A stretch of DNA of 64,000 bases from NCBI GenBank assembly GCA_020639315.1, contig JACKGM010000001.1, forward strand, positions 146,511 to 210,510. Reading direction: 5' to 3'. The stretch's first letter is position 1, and every line of letters begins with the position of its first letter. Positions 1 through 10,216 of this stretch are shown in pieces. The notes beneath the pieces are model-generated. The model was not told the DNA's origin, made no database searches, and saw only the letters and a program-made list of their open reading frames with translations. This stretch comes from Candidatus Nomurabacteria bacterium (lineage in GTDB: Bacteria; Patescibacteriota; Saccharimonadia; JAGOAT01). A program made the position numbers and the translations under genes.

Positions 1-1812
1 ATTGATCATCGGCAAGCTAATAGTAGAGAGATTGTTGTAGGTAGTATCTCCAAAATATTTTCTAGGGTAAATCCCTACCTGCTCAATATCTGCTGGCAAA
101 TTGATTACCACATCAATTGCATCTGAAATATCGCTAATATTGTCAGCACTAAAGGTAGCAGTATTGTTGATCACTTGATCGTCAGGACAACCTGCATAAT
201 TGACAGAAAAACTTACATATTTGCTCTGGTTTGGTAACATATTACCTAGACCAGTCCAGTCAATTACCTCAGATCCTAGAGTAGTATCATCGAGCACCCC
301 ACCAGTGCTGATATTGCTAATCCTCGTACCGGGAGTAGCTACTCCGCATTGGTTGGCTAGTTTATCATAGATATCACTCAGATCATCGCTGATACTAGCA
401 TTGAAGATAGTTTCTACACCGGTAAACTGATTGATTGCGTTGGAAATCTTGATATAGTAGGTGACTTGAGGGGTATAGCCAGCAGTTGCATTATCGTAGA
501 CATAGTGAATATAGTTGTAATAAAAAGTCCCCGACACTGTCTTGTCAATCACTGGCTTGGGAGTAGAGATTAGTTCGGTTAGGTTCTTTTGGGCTCCACT
601 GGTAGTCTTGTCACTGTCACTAGTGACTGGGGCTACTGGAGACTCGGCTCCAGCATAGGCTTGAGTATGATAAAGGATACCATTTTCCCAACCATTTAAG
701 GTCTTAAGCTTGTAGGTTAGTTTGCCAGTGTATCCTGCCTTGAGACACCCTAGATCCCAGTAGACTGAGTTGGCTGGGATAGTAGTGTCCCCTATAGTGA
801 TTTGACTAGCGGTATATGCTCCGTTGTCACTAGCTTCGATCAAGCTGGGATTGGGGTTTTGACCATAGCTAGGAGTATAATTGTCGACATAGTTATCAGG
901 GTCTGTAGCTCCTGTCTCAGGAAGAGGTGCGTAAGCTACTACCTCACAAGCCTCAGCATAAGAGACTGATAGCCTAAGGGTATTGACAATCACTTGACCG
1001 ACTTCTACTTGGTCTGGGGTTAAGTGATCGATTAGTAGGACTGGTAATGGAATCCAGCTAGCTTTGATCTTAGATACTACTGGAGCAGGAATACTACCTG
1101 CTAGGTTGTCCATTACTACTTGGACTCGGATGCAGTCATACCCAGTCGGTGGGATATGATTAAGACTAGAGATGTCTACTACTCCACCAGAGAGGGTGAG
1201 GTTTTGAAATCCTGGGATTGGAGTATTGGGGACAAGGTTATCATCACAAGTCAGGAGATTAATCTTAATGGCATTGGTACTAGAGTAGGTAGCTTCTAGC
1301 TCTACTTGATTCCAACCATCGAAGGAGTTGGGTCTGATTTCGACGGTGGAGACTGTAGCAGTATTGCCTCCTGCTGGATCAATACTGACAGTACCAGCAA
1401 TATTATTACTTAGATAGTTATTACTAATGCCTCCAAACCCACCATTGGGTACTACTCCGGCATCATTACCAATGAAGTCTACATAGTAAAATCCATCTGA
1501 GTCGTTTTGGAGGTAGGCTGCTTCAGCTGAATCAGAAACCTCACTAGCTACTTGACTCAGATCGTCAATCACTTGACTAGCTAGATTACTAGCTACTTGA
1601 CCTGCTTGGTTAAGGGGGCTACTTGAGGTAGTATTATCTACTTCTGTTTGAGCTAGCTGACTGACTTGCCTGGATGATTGGGATGACTTACTTAGCTGAT
1701 CGGGCGAGTTGGGGATTGGTGTGATCTGGGCATAGCTGAGGGCTGGGAGCAAGGTGTTGAGGGTGAGTAGGAGGGTGAGGGTGAGACTACGAAAAACTTT
1801 CCGGGTGTTCAT
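1..1812 (-). CDS. secreted large surface protein (3' part runs off window edge)
   Basis: Hand translation from ATG at 1812-1810 gives MNTRKVFRSLTLTLLLTLNTLLPALSYA (signal peptide). The frame was checked open at several points down to position 1. Thr/Ser/Asn/Gly-rich. Start overlaps the upstream stop (ATGA). Absent from the ORF track because there is no stop in the window. Confidence 0.7.
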   Translation of the reverse strand, partial: MNTRKVFRSLTLTLLLTLNTLLPALSYAQITPIPNSPDQLSKSSQSSRQVSQLAQTEVDNTTSSSPLNQAGQVASNLASQVIDDLSQVASEVSDSAEAAYLQNDSDGFYYVDFIGNDAGVVPNGGFGGISNNYLSNNIAGTVSIDPAGGNTATVSTVEIRPNSFDGWNQVELEATYSSTNAIKINLLTCDDNLVPNTPIPGFQNLTLSGGVVDISSLNHIPPTGYDCIRVQVVMDNLAGSIPAPVVSKIKASWIPLPVLLIDHLTPDQVEVGQVIVNTLRLSVSYAEACEVVAYAPLPETGATDPDNYVDNYTPSYGQNPNPSLIEASDNGAYTASQITIGDTTIPANSVYWDLGCLKAGYTGKLTYKLKTLNGWENGILYHTQAYAGAESPVAPVTSDSDKTTSGAQKNLTELISTPKPVIDKTVSGTFYYNYIHYVYDNATAGYTPQVTYYIKISNAINQFTGVETIFNASISDDLSDIYDKLANQCGVATPGTRISNISTGGVLDDTTLGSEVIDWTGLGNMLPNQSKYVSFSVNYAGCPDDQVINNTATFSADNISDISDAIDVVINLPADIEQVGIYPRKYFGDTTYNNLSTISLPMIN

Positions 1813-2534
1813 TGGGCTGTTTGGTTAGTTTGCTCATCAGTCGGGTCAGACTCGGCGCTAGCTGGATCATCTGCTCTCTGTTGCTGCTCGAGGGCACTAT
1901 TGAACTCTTGCTCAAGCTCTTGATTTTCGGCTTCTGCTTCTGAATTATCACTAATAATACTAAAATCTAGCTCAGTCAATTTGGCTGGGTGTTCCTGATC
2001 CAAGTAAACCTCAATCCTGTAAGTTCCCTTCTTGCCAGGGTTTGGGATGGTCACAAAGAGGTTCTCGCCACTCTTGATTTGACCAATCGTAATCGTCTTG
2101 AGTGGTTCAGTCTTAGCTGTATCAGCTAAATCTTGAGCATTTGGCTGGCTAGAAACCTCAAAAACCTTGATATCAAGATTGATGACCTGATCATCGTCTA
2201 GGTCATCAAGCTCAAAATCCAAGCCTAATTGGATTGGATCTGCATAATTGAAGTCGGTTTGGGCCTGTCTGGCTTTATCCCTACTCGATTTTGAAAGGTA
2301 GGTGGTGGCTTCGAGGTCGTGGATTGGATTGCCTTTGTCTAGTATTTTGTGAGCGAAGAGTGTGATCGCTAGGATTAGGATTATTAGTCCAATTGCTTTG
2401 GTAATTCTTGACCAATCAAAAGATTGCTTTTGCTTGATCGGTTTATTATCAGGTTGCTTTGAGGCTACCTTGGCAGTCTGTTTTGACTCAGACTTCTTTA
2501 CTTTTGGCCTGACATCCGTAGTAGGCTTTTTCAT
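1809..2534 (-). CDS. hypothetical membrane-anchored protein (basic N-terminus, one TM helix, acidic tail)
   Basis: 241-aa ORF with GGGAGGG just upstream of the ATG. TM segment AIGLIILILAITLFAHKIL. Translationally coupled to the downstream surface-protein gene. Confidence 0.6.
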   Translation of the reverse strand: MKKPTTDVRPKVKKSESKQTAKVASKQPDNKPIKQKQSFDWSRITKAIGLIILILAITLFAHKILDKGNPIHDLEATTYLSKSSRDKARQAQTDFNYADPIQLGLDFELDDLDDDQVINLDIKVFEVSSQPNAQDLADTAKTEPLKTITIGQIKSGENLFVTIPNPGKKGTYRIEVYLDQEHPAKLTELDFSIISDNSEAEAENQELEQEFNSALEQQQRADDPASAESDPTDEQTNQTAQ

Positions 2535-2650
2535 TTACCCTCCCAATCTCACATTTTATAAAATAATATAAATTTTATTTGGGGGTTTTGTTTTGATATC
2601 TACCTACACTACCTCGATAAACATAATCATTATACCAATCAGACTGCTTA

Positions 2651-2856
2651 ATGCAAATGCAAAATACTGGATCCCCCGTAAACTCCTTCGGAGTTTCGGA
2701 GGATGACAAGAGAGAGGCGGAGTTTCGGAGGATGACAAATGCTCGCCTCCTGTCATCTTCGGATTTCTCTAAAAGAGAAATACCGGAGATCCACCTCCTC
2801 CTGTCATCTTCGGATTACCCTTTAGGGTAATACCGGAGATCCAGTATTTGAATTGA
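2651..2856. repeat. hairpin-unit repeat cluster (TACTGGAT-hairpin-ATGACA family)
   Basis: Forward type-1 unit ggatcccccgtaaactccttcggagtttcggaggatgaca, one half-unit, and two reverse type-2 units (tgtcatcttcgga...taccggagatcc). Confidence 0.9.
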
Positions 2857-2858
2857 GC

Positions 2859-3158
2859 CTACAGTATTTGGCTATATAAATCTATCCAGCCAGGGTTGTC
2901 TTCCTCTATCATAGCTATTTTTCTTAACCTAGAAAGTTTTTTGACTTTCTTTTCTGTTGATATCGCCAAATCTATAGTGTCAAACACTTGGTAATAAACT
3001 AAATTGGTCACATTATACTTACTAGTGAATCCTGGAATTAACTTCAACCTGTGTTCCGCTATTCTTTTTGGTAAATTTGTAGTGACCCCGATATAAAGTG
3101 TAGAGTAGGGGGCTGAAGCTAAAATATATACTACTGGCAGAAATTCATAATTACTCAT
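2859..3158 (-). CDS. GIY-YIG nuclease superfamily protein (UPF0213-like)
   Basis: YILAS..STLYIGVTTNLPKRIAEH...GFTSKYNVTNLVYYQVF...EKKVKKLSRLRKIAMIEEDNPGWIDL matches the small GIY-YIG family. Start moved to the internal ATG at 3158 because the track ORF N-terminus (SSSEVRRTYGGSS) is repeat-encoded. Confidence 0.8.
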   Translation of the reverse strand: MSNYEFLPVVYILASAPYSTLYIGVTTNLPKRIAEHRLKLIPGFTSKYNVTNLVYYQVFDTIDLAISTEKKVKKLSRLRKIAMIEEDNPGWIDLYSQIL

Positions 3159-3252
3159 AATAAATCCTAAACCTGTAAATACTACTATTATTGAGCAAAT
3201 AGTAGCTATAAAGCAAGCATAGGCACTTTTCGGTATTTTTATGGTAGTCGGG

Positions 3253-3352
3253 ATACTGGATCCCCCGTAAGTTCTCCGAACTTCGGAGGATGACAAGAGA
3301 GGGGCGGGTTTCGGAGGATGACAAGAGAGAGGCGGGTTTCGGAGGATGGCAA
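3253..3352. repeat. hairpin-unit repeat cluster
   Basis: One type-1 unit followed by two 28-29 bp half-unit reiterations (gtttcggaggatgacaagagagaggcgg). Confidence 0.9.
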
Positions 3353-3366
3353 ATGCCCGATAAACC

Positions 3367-5673
3367 CTAGACTAGCCTTTTGCCAGTCTTGATCTGACTA
3401 GACAAAGGTCTTGGCTGAGTAGCCTTGACAGTTCTCCGAATCCTACCAGAACCCTTTGGCTTGGCGATCGAGTCTCTTGTATCTTTGATATTGTGGTCAA
3501 TATTATTAAGCTTAACCCTAGACTTGACTCTGTCGATCGTCTTACCAACCTTTACCCGGTCTACTGAACTTCGGGCTGGCTTCGACGATTGACCTTTCTC
3601 TTCACTTTTTTGAGTTTTAGTCGGTAATACTACCTGATCCATTAAATCATCTACCTCATTAGACTCCTGGGTCACTGGACCCTTTGGCTCAGGTTTACTA
3701 CTTGACCTGACAAGATTGATCTTTTTGAGATAGTCAAATGGACTCTTTATATCTGATTGATGGGGTTTGATCTTGGATAAGGCGTCATAATCTATCAAGT
3801 CCAGATCTGCCAAATCTTGCCTAACCTTGTCTAGGCTGTAGACATCATTATTGGCACTGACTAGCTGTCTAGTCAGTAGCAGACTAGCAGCAATCGCCAA
3901 TACCAGCCCGACCGTGACTAGGCTATACTGCCAACGAACTACCCCGACCGACCGACCGATATCATAGACTTTATCTGCACTGCGTTGTAGCAATACTACC
4001 TGCTCGTTTAGGCCGTCAAAACCCCAGTCCAAAAAACCAATGTGATAACTCTGGGCTGGTGCTAGCGAGCTAATCTTGATCTGCCTCTGTAGTCCCGGGA
4101 TATTTACTACATAACTGTCCCCTATTTGGTTGAGAGGAGCACGAATATTGAGGCTGTACCAACTAAGACCTGGAAATATCAACCTCTGATCCAATTCTAT
4201 CCCAGCTACTGCATTACTGATCTCGACATCATTGAGAACCTTTATCTCAGATAGTGAGTAACTGTCAAAACCCAGGTTGCCCCTGACTACATCTACCTCA
4301 TCATTCACCCCAAAACTCGAAAAAGCAATATGGCTAGTATCTGCTAGGCCAAGGTTGTTGTATTTCTGATACCAGATAGAATCGAGTGGTACCCAACCCA
4401 AATCTGGGATATAAACCTCTAGCCAAAAATGTTGGCTGTCGGTCATACTGTCAGTCAGTTTTAGTTTGTCTGAGTAAGCATAGCCAAATTCCATCCTAGT
4501 CGGAACTCCAAATCTCCGCAGAATCGTCAGCATCAAATCTTGATATTCAAGGGAGGATAATGCCACATCGCTACTAATAGTCTCGATTACCGGAGCTCGA
4601 AACTGATCAATCCGTTTGACTGGTGAGTACTTATGATTATCCTTCATATAATTTTGAACACTTCTTATAATCCCGACTATTGATTGGTCAAGAATTTCAA
4701 TTGCATTGGTTTGGATCAAGAAAGCAGGATCTTTACTCGGCCAATTTTCAGTCGAATCAAGATACTTACTAGTAATCTCAGCCGGTAAATCTTCTAATCC
4801 AACACTGCTGACAAGATTATATTTTTCCTGCCTAACTGCTAGATTGATATCGCTAACAAATTTTATATTCTGCCCTGGATCAAGCTGATAAATAGCTACC
4901 ACATTGCCATCTTGATCCAAGTAAGTATTATCTGGCAGTGGTTCGATACTATTGATATATACTTCTTGGTTGATTGTATTTGGTGGTAAAAGTACTTGGT
5001 ATTCCTCTAAATCCTTGGTCGTATTGTTTATCTCAAGGTTTAGAGTAAGGTTGTAAATCACGCTATCGCCGAATTGGATTGCCAAGGGGTCCTGATCAAA
5101 ACCATCGACTTGATAAACCTGACGGTCGTTAGCTACCTCCAAGGGGGAGATATTGGTGCCGAGATTGGTCGGTACTTGCCAGGCTACCGGATAATCAAAA
5201 ACGACATTAGTCAGATTGATTGCTTGATCATCCAAAGGGGGGACATAAAGCTCAAAATTGTCACCAAACCGTCTGACCAAGTTGGTCGCTAGATATTCAA
5301 TCTCCAGCTCTATATCTTGGTCTTGATTGGTTAATTTCTCAAGATCGACTCTGACTGTCTGATATGGGTAGCTTAGCCCTCTAAATGTCCTCTGAGTTTT
5401 TTGGAGACTGGATGGCAACTCTTGACCATCTGAGCTTATATTTAGGTTGGTAAACTGATCAGTAATGGTATTAAATCTAAAGGCACTGAGAAGCTCTAGC
5501 TCGGATTGTTTGTGAATCTCGACTTTTTGTCTGACTAATACTGTATCATTGCTACTTAAAAAGAAATTGAGTTCGGTATCGACTTCAGACTCTGCCCTCG
5601 CGACCCCACCCTGATAGAATAAAGTCAAACTCAGACCAACCACTACCAAGCCAGCCAAAAAATACTTACGCAT
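3367..5673 (-). CDS. transglutaminase-like domain membrane/secreted protein
   Basis: Signal-like MRKYFLAGLVVVGLSLTLFY at the ATG at 5673. Core LTILRRFGVPTRMEFGYAY...QHFWLEVYIPDLGWVPLDS resembles a transglutaminase core, but the expected nucleophile Cys position reads Tyr (LEYQD). C-terminal TM helix plus basic tail. Confidence 0.6.
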   Translation of the reverse strand: MRKYFLAGLVVVGLSLTLFYQGGVARAESEVDTELNFFLSSNDTVLVRQKVEIHKQSELELLSAFRFNTITDQFTNLNISSDGQELPSSLQKTQRTFRGLSYPYQTVRVDLEKLTNQDQDIELEIEYLATNLVRRFGDNFELYVPPLDDQAINLTNVVFDYPVAWQVPTNLGTNISPLEVANDRQVYQVDGFDQDPLAIQFGDSVIYNLTLNLEINNTTKDLEEYQVLLPPNTINQEVYINSIEPLPDNTYLDQDGNVVAIYQLDPGQNIKFVSDINLAVRQEKYNLVSSVGLEDLPAEITSKYLDSTENWPSKDPAFLIQTNAIEILDQSIVGIIRSVQNYMKDNHKYSPVKRIDQFRAPVIETISSDVALSSLEYQDLMLTILRRFGVPTRMEFGYAYSDKLKLTDSMTDSQHFWLEVYIPDLGWVPLDSIWYQKYNNLGLADTSHIAFSSFGVNDEVDVVRGNLGFDSYSLSEIKVLNDVEISNAVAGIELDQRLIFPGLSWYSLNIRAPLNQIGDSYVVNIPGLQRQIKISSLAPAQSYHIGFLDWGFDGLNEQVVLLQRSADKVYDIGRSVGVVRWQYSLVTVGLVLAIAASLLLTRQLVSANNDVYSLDKVRQDLADLDLIDYDALSKIKPHQSDIKSPFDYLKKINLVRSSSKPEPKGPVTQESNEVDDLMDQVVLPTKTQKSEEKGQSSKPARSSVDRVKVGKTIDRVKSRVKLNNIDHNIKDTRDSIAKPKGSGRIRRTVKATQPRPLSSQIKTGKRLV

Positions 5674-5797
5674 AGAGTATATTATAGCAAGTTTTCTTCC
5701 TCCACCTATCCCCCCTACCACCAATCCAGAGTCCCCAGCCTCGTAAATTTGAGTTCAGTATCAGGGTAATTCAGAAATACTGACTTTTCATCCCCAA

Positions 5798-5894
5798 GGT
5801 GTCACCGTACAAATCAAGTGATTTATGGCATAATCCAGGTAAATGGTATCTTTTTGTATCAAAAATACCTGCGAGGTACCTGCGAGGTGTCACC
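5798..5894 (+). repeat. ~90-100 bp low-copy repeat bounded by GGTGTCACC
   Basis: Aligns by eye with the reverse complement of 28643-28728. Both copies sit in divergent promoter gaps. Confidence 0.7.
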
Positions 5895-5910
5895 CCAATA
5901 AACCCCAATA

Positions 5911-5966
5911 AATGCAAATACGGGATGCTGGATCCCCCGTAAGTTCCCCGAACTTCGGAGGACTAG
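5911..5966 (+). repeat. degenerate single hairpin unit
   Basis: gctggatcccccgtaagttccccgaacttcggaggactagtcc. It encodes the false N-terminus of the track ORF 5912..7420. Confidence 0.8.
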
Positions 5967-6019
5967 TCCCCTGTCAACCAAACCTACCAGAAGACATCAA
6001 AGTCCTATATAATGATCCT

Positions 6020-7420
6020 ATGCAACAAATCAAAAAAACCAAAATAATTGCTACGGTTGGCCCAAGCTGTTGGGAAGATGATCAGCTAGTAGCGATGACC
6101 AAAGCCGGAGTCAATGCTTTCAGACTCAATATGTCTCACTTCAACCGCAGACACTTCATAAGGGTAATCACAGTGTCTAGAAGAATAGCTAGAAACGATG
6201 ACCGAGCCTTGAGTATCATTGCTGACCTCCAGGGTCCAAAAATCCGTCTGGGGATCCTACCTGATACTGGGATCAAGCTAGAAGCAGGTCAGAAGATCAA
6301 AATCCAGCTAAGTGATAAATACCAAGATGGTATTCTCCCAAGTCAATTTGATTTCTTCGATTATATTGCCAAAGGTGATCGGGTACTATTGCGTGATGGC
6401 CAGATTCAACTAGAAGTTACCAAAGTTGACAAAAAAAGCGTAGACTGCAAAGCCCTCAATACTGGGATTGTCTTCTCTCGCCAGGGAATCAATCTACCAG
6501 ATACTATTATCAAAAACTCCAGTATTACCAGTAAAGACCTAGAGGACATTGAATTTGCAATCGAAAATAATGTCGACTATATCGCCCTTTCTTTTGTTCA
6601 AGAAGCCAAAGATGTCGAACAGCTCAGACAAATTCTCAAGCGTCACAATGCAGAACATATTGGCATTATCTCAAAAATTGAGACCCAAGCTTCACTCAAA
6701 GGACTTGAGTCAATCATCGTTAGTAGTGACGCTGTAATGGTCGCTAGAGGAGACCTCGGTGCCGAGACCCCGATCGAAAATGTACCAATGATCCAGAAAC
6801 GAATTATCAGATTGGCTAGACTTTCTCAAAAACCTGTCATCGTAGCCACTCAAATGCTAGAGAGTATGATCAATTCACCTTTGCCGACCAGAGCAGAAGT
6901 CAGCGACATTGCCAATGCCGTAATCGACCAAGCTGATTGCTTGATGCTTTCAGGAGAAACTGCAGCTGGCTACTATCCGATAGAGGTGGTCAGCATGATG
7001 AAAAAGACAATCCTAGCTACCGAAGCCAATCTAGACTATCAAAACCAACCGCAAAGACCGGCTAATCAAAATCCTCAGCTTGCTCTAGCAGAAGCTGCCA
7101 CTAGTCTCGCCCAAAGACTAGACCTCAAAGTGATGATTGCTTCAACCTCTTCCGGCACGACTGCAAGAAACTTATCTAGCCTAAGGCCTGGGATCAGTAT
7201 TTATACTGTTACTCACAACCGAAGGTTATTTAACCAAATGGCAATCGTTTGGGGGACAAAGTCAATTCTTTGTAACCCAAACCAAAATGGAACTAGGGCA
7301 ACAATTGACCACCTCTTAAAGAATAAAATTATTAAGCCAGGTGAGATTGTGGTCAGCTTATTTGGTAAACACAAAGGGGAGTCGGGTGGTACTGATACAA
7401 TCCGGTTGTTTAGGACTTGA
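6020..7420 (+). CDS. pyk: pyruvate kinase
   Basis: MQQIKKTKIIATVGPS..., GVNAFRLNMSH, MVARGDLG and the C-terminal domain are present. Start set at ATG 6020, downstream of the repeat. Confidence 0.9.
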   Translation: MQQIKKTKIIATVGPSCWEDDQLVAMTKAGVNAFRLNMSHFNRRHFIRVITVSRRIARNDDRALSIIADLQGPKIRLGILPDTGIKLEAGQKIKIQLSDKYQDGILPSQFDFFDYIAKGDRVLLRDGQIQLEVTKVDKKSVDCKALNTGIVFSRQGINLPDTIIKNSSITSKDLEDIEFAIENNVDYIALSFVQEAKDVEQLRQILKRHNAEHIGIISKIETQASLKGLESIIVSSDAVMVARGDLGAETPIENVPMIQKRIIRLARLSQKPVIVATQMLESMINSPLPTRAEVSDIANAVIDQADCLMLSGETAAGYYPIEVVSMMKKTILATEANLDYQNQPQRPANQNPQLALAEAATSLAQRLDLKVMIASTSSGTTARNLSSLRPGISIYTVTHNRRLFNQMAIVWGTKSILCNPNQNGTRATIDHLLKNKIIKPGEIVVSLFGKHKGESGGTDTIRLFRT

Positions 7421-7443
7421 TAGAGACTACTTGAGTAACCCAG

Positions 7444-8135
7444 ATGATGCCAACTGAAGAACAGAAAGAGTGGATTAAGAAAAATAAAACACGTCTTCTG
7501 GAAAAATATTGTAGTCTTGACAAGTATAGGCGTGAAGACAACCCAGTAACTACATTCATGGCAGGTACTCCCGGATCTGGTAAGACTGAGTTTTCTATAA
7601 AACTCCTAGAGCAATTCCAAACGCTAGTCGTTAGACTTGACCCAGATAATATTAGAAAAGAATTCCCTGGATATAACGGTAATAATTCTAATTTATTCCA
7701 AGCATCTGTTAATAAGATAATAAATATTATATATGATGAGTATCTAAGGAATCGACAAAGTATTCTCATAGATGGTACTTTTGCCTACAAAGATTGGGAA
7801 AAAAATATTAGAAGGTCGATAAAGAGAAATCGAGAGGTTGATGTATACTATCTTTATCAAGACCCTGAAATAGCTTGGGATTTCTCAAAAAACGTGAATC
7901 TATGCCAAGCGGTAGATTAGTACCTAGGGAGGTATTTATAAAAAGCTATACCGAAATCATATCCAATATTGAGGATCTCTTGGATAAATTTCCTCAAATA
8001 AATGTTACTGTGGTAGTCAATGATTATAATAGCAAAAAGCTTAAAAAGCTTCATATAGGAGTAGATAAAGATCAATTCAAGAGTCTTATTCCCCGTATCT
8101 ATTCAAAAAAAGAGTTAAATGATATAATCAAGTAA
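7444..8135 (+). CDS. zeta-toxin-family P-loop kinase, split over two frames (7444-7920 and 7875-8135)
   Basis: Walker A is GTPGSGKTE and LDPDNIRKEFPGY is zeta-toxin-like. The second ORF continues the family (GRLVPREVF...). The frames join by a -1 shift at A AAA AAC (7887-7893). Confidence 0.55.
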
Positions 8136-8302
8136 TGATTTCAGAATTTATTAAAATAATATTTTCTAAAAAACGGAATAGCTATATTACCAATGATTAC
8201 TCCGATTTCTCCAGACTTGCTAAGTCAAAAGAAAAAAAGAAAAAAATCAAGATTGCCATTATGGAGGCGAATAAACTCCAACAAAATATATCTATATACT
8301 AA
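8135..8302 (+). CDS. possible 55-aa Lys-rich small protein
   Basis: ATG overlaps the upstream stop (TAATG). Hand translation: MISEFIKIIFSKKRNSYITNDYSDFSRLAKSKEKKKKIKIAIMEANKLQQNISIY. Below the ORF-track cutoff; no homology evidence. Confidence 0.25.
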   Translation: MISEFIKIIFSKKRNSYITNDYSDFSRLAKSKEKKKKIKIAIMEANKLQQNISIY

Positions 8303-8308
8303 AATATT

Positions 8309-10216
8309 TTAATACACCCTCTCAACCAACTGGTCATCGAGGTCATCAAGAAACCTAGAAGGGCGATTGTTCATTGGTCTTCCGTAGAGCGTCCGATAAT
8401 GGGTATGCGTCAGATACAAGTTTTGTTTCGCTCTAGTCATCCCGACATAGCAGAGCCTTCTCTCTTCCTCGAGATCACTTTGCTCCTCCATCGAATTGAT
8501 ATGAGGCAAAAGTCCTTCCTCCATCCCTACTAAAAATACAGTGTCAAACTCCAGACCCTTTGCCGAATGTAGGGTCATCAGATTAACCTTCTCTTGACTA
8601 CTATCCCAATTGTCAAAGTCTGTTAGTAGAGCAATATCCGAAAGAAAATCCGCTAGGTTACTATCTTGGTAGGATTTTGCCACCGAGATTAGCTCTTTGA
8701 TATTCTCTACTCGATCATGCCCTTCACTCGTCCCATCTTCATAAAATTTGTACAGCCCAGTCATCTCTAGTATCTCTTCCAGCACTTGATGTAATGGCTC
8801 ACTCTTGATTGACTGATACTTACCAAGGATTAGTCCCAGCTGCTTGACTCCAGCTAATGCCCTTGCCTTGAGCCCATATTGCTCTGGTGATTTGATCAGG
8901 TCGTGATAATCGGCGTGACTGGCTTCAAGCTTAGAATTAATACCGGCTAGTGTCTTATCTCCCACCCCTCTACTAGGCTTAGAGATTGCCCGCCGAAATG
9001 CTACTGAATCTTTTGGTTGAACCAAAATCTTAAGATAAGCCAGGGCATCTTTGACCTCCATCCGGTCGTAAAATCTCGTACCTCCAACAATTGTATAAGG
9101 GATGTTGTAGCGGATAAAAAATTCCTCCAGATTACGAGACTGGGCATTGGTTCGATAAAGAATCGCTACATCATTAAGGTCCACTCCCCTGCCATGCAGC
9201 CTAGTAATCTCGTCAAGGATATAGCTAGCTTCCTGTTTATCACTATATAGAGTACTGAGCTTGATCTTCTCTCCCTGACCTGCTTGAGCATAAAGCTTCT
9301 TGTCGGAACGATCTTTGTTCTTAAGAATTACACTATGCGCTCCGTCTAAAATGTGTTGGGTAGAGCGATAATTCCGCTCTAGCTTGATAATTTCGGTGTC
9401 TTGCCAATCATCCTGAAAGTTTAAGATATTACTATAATCCGCACCCCGCCAAGAATAAATACTCTGCCAATCGTCTCCAACTACGCAGATATTCTTGTGT
9501 TTGGCAGCTAGTAAGCTGACTAGACGATATTGAACCTTGTTTGTATCCTGATACTCATCGACTAGAACATACTTAAACTGTTCTTGATATTCAGCCAGTA
9601 CATCAGGAAACTCCTCTAATATCCTGACCAAATAAACTAGTAAGTCATCGAAATCTAGTGCTTGATTCTGTCGTAACAACTTCTGGTATTCGGGATAAAT
9701 CTTAGCGACAACTTCGGTAAAATAGCTACTTGCCAGCTGGCGGTAGACCTCTGGGGTTACCAGCTCATTCTTGGCGCTAGAGATTTGATGTTTGACGGCT
9801 GATGGGTTTAACTTATCACTTGTAAGACCTAGATTTTTGATCGCTTGCTTGATTAGCCCGAGCTGGTCCTCACTATCAAAGATAGTAAAACTTGATTCAA
9901 AATTTAGTAGACTGATCCGGCTTCTCAAGATCTTGACCGCAATACTATGAAAGGTACCAAGATATGGCAAGATCATATCTCGATCATCAAGCAACCTATA
10001 GAGTCGTGTCCGCATCTCTTGGGCAGCTTTATTGGTAAAAGTTACGGCCAAGATATTACTAGGAAAGATAGATTTTTCTTGGACTAGGTAGGCAATCCGA
10101 TGGGTCAGAGTCTTGGTCTTACCACTGCCAGCTCCAGCTAGTATCAAAAGTGGGCCATCAGTGTGGGCAACTGCTCTGGCCTGTTCTGGATTGAGTCCCT
10201 CTAGGAGTTTGGTCAT
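8309..10216 (-). CDS. pcrA: ATP-dependent DNA helicase PcrA/UvrD (short form)
   Basis: AGAGSGKT, DEYQDTN, YRS and TLHSAKGLEF motifs. Confidence 0.9.
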   Translation of the reverse strand: MTKLLEGLNPEQARAVAHTDGPLLILAGAGSGKTKTLTHRIAYLVQEKSIFPSNILAVTFTNKAAQEMRTRLYRLLDDRDMILPYLGTFHSIAVKILRSRISLLNFESSFTIFDSEDQLGLIKQAIKNLGLTSDKLNPSAVKHQISSAKNELVTPEVYRQLASSYFTEVVAKIYPEYQKLLRQNQALDFDDLLVYLVRILEEFPDVLAEYQEQFKYVLVDEYQDTNKVQYRLVSLLAAKHKNICVVGDDWQSIYSWRGADYSNILNFQDDWQDTEIIKLERNYRSTQHILDGAHSVILKNKDRSDKKLYAQAGQGEKIKLSTLYSDKQEASYILDEITRLHGRGVDLNDVAILYRTNAQSRNLEEFFIRYNIPYTIVGGTRFYDRMEVKDALAYLKILVQPKDSVAFRRAISKPSRGVGDKTLAGINSKLEASHADYHDLIKSPEQYGLKARALAGVKQLGLILGKYQSIKSEPLHQVLEEILEMTGLYKFYEDGTSEGHDRVENIKELISVAKSYQDSNLADFLSDIALLTDFDNWDSSQEKVNLMTLHSAKGLEFDTVFLVGMEEGLLPHINSMEEQSDLEEERRLCYVGMTRAKQNLYLTHTHYRTLYGRPMNNRPSRFLDDLDDQLVERVY

